DNA of 64,000 bases, from assembly GCF_036321535.1 (NCBI RefSeq), contig NC_087437.1:87608001-87672000 (forward strand), in the 5' to 3' direction. Source of the stretch: Camelus dromedarius (lineage: Eukaryota). A model generated the notes under the pieces. That model did no database searches and was not told the origin of the DNA. It was given only the letters and a program-made list of their open reading frames with translations. This document shows positions 63,511 through 64,000 of the stretch, piece after piece (position 1 is the first letter of the stretch; every line of letters starts with the position of its first letter). The translations under genes and the position numbers were made by a program.

Positions 63511-64000
63511 CAGAGCACTGCTGCAGAAACAAATTTGTAATGAAATTCCAAGAAGTTTCTTTTTTGTACATGTGATGCTTAGCATAAAAGGAACTGAAAT
63601 TAAGGTGTAGAAAGAATTAGATAAATTAGAGGCTAATGATAGTGAGAACAGTTGAAGATTATTTTATTTGTGATATATAATTATTGTAATTTTTACTGGA
63701 TGGTAAAAATTGTAATGGAAAGGAAAGAATTAGAGGAAAGAGGCATAAATTTCAAGATATTTTAGAATTAATAGTTTACTTGTTTATCTATTTACATATT
63801 TATGTGTTGTAGCTAGTTTTCTACCTGTTGTCACACATTTTAAGGAAAGTATTACATGCTTCCACTGTTGTAATTTGCCTCAGGGATGTCATTTGTTGGT
63901 TGGTTTGGAGTTGTAATATAGTATTTTGAAATAATTTGAATTTGAATAACTTTGGATAAGAAAGGACCCTTCAGTTAATGGGGCCTTTCTCTCCTCATTT

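Noticed and set aside
1..64000. All supplied ORFs (60-122 aa) as protein-coding genes
   Set aside because: They are short, many begin at non-ATG codons, many overlap decayed repeats or microsatellites, and none resembles a protein family I recognise.
1..64000. CRISPR arrays, prokaryotic operons, rRNA or tRNA genes
   Set aside because: I saw no repeat-spacer periodicity, dense coding or RNA-gene signature. The sequence is clearly mammalian non-coding DNA.

Overview
This is AT-rich, CpG-poor mammalian non-coding DNA, either intergenic or deep intronic. I recognise no protein-coding gene, RNA gene or CRISPR array, and the six-frame ORFs (60-122 aa) are what chance and decayed repeats would give. 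Much of the window is a layered transposon record: ancient L2 and MIR, eutherian L1M/L1ME/L1MB/L1MC, MaLR, ERVL and ERV1 LTRs, an ERVL pol fossil, and hAT elements (MER5, MER33, MER53, MER58A, Arthur-like). On top sit seven young, 5'-truncated L1 3' ends of cetartiodactyl type. Their style, plus no visible Alu, B1/B2, Bov-tA, CHR, PRE-1 or Can-SINE copies, suggests a camelid-like genome (inference). The best-supported curiosities are mechanistic: two 5'-inverted (twin-priming) L1 insertions, one with a nested 27-bp micro-inversion, and two nested insertions with readable target-site duplications (TSDs). There is also a cluster of PAR-bZIP D-box palindromes. A few exon-like segments and enhancer-like blocks are listed at low confidence. 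I found no convincing novel biological system. Repeat family names come from remembered consensus sequences, not a database search, and boundaries of old repeats are approximate.
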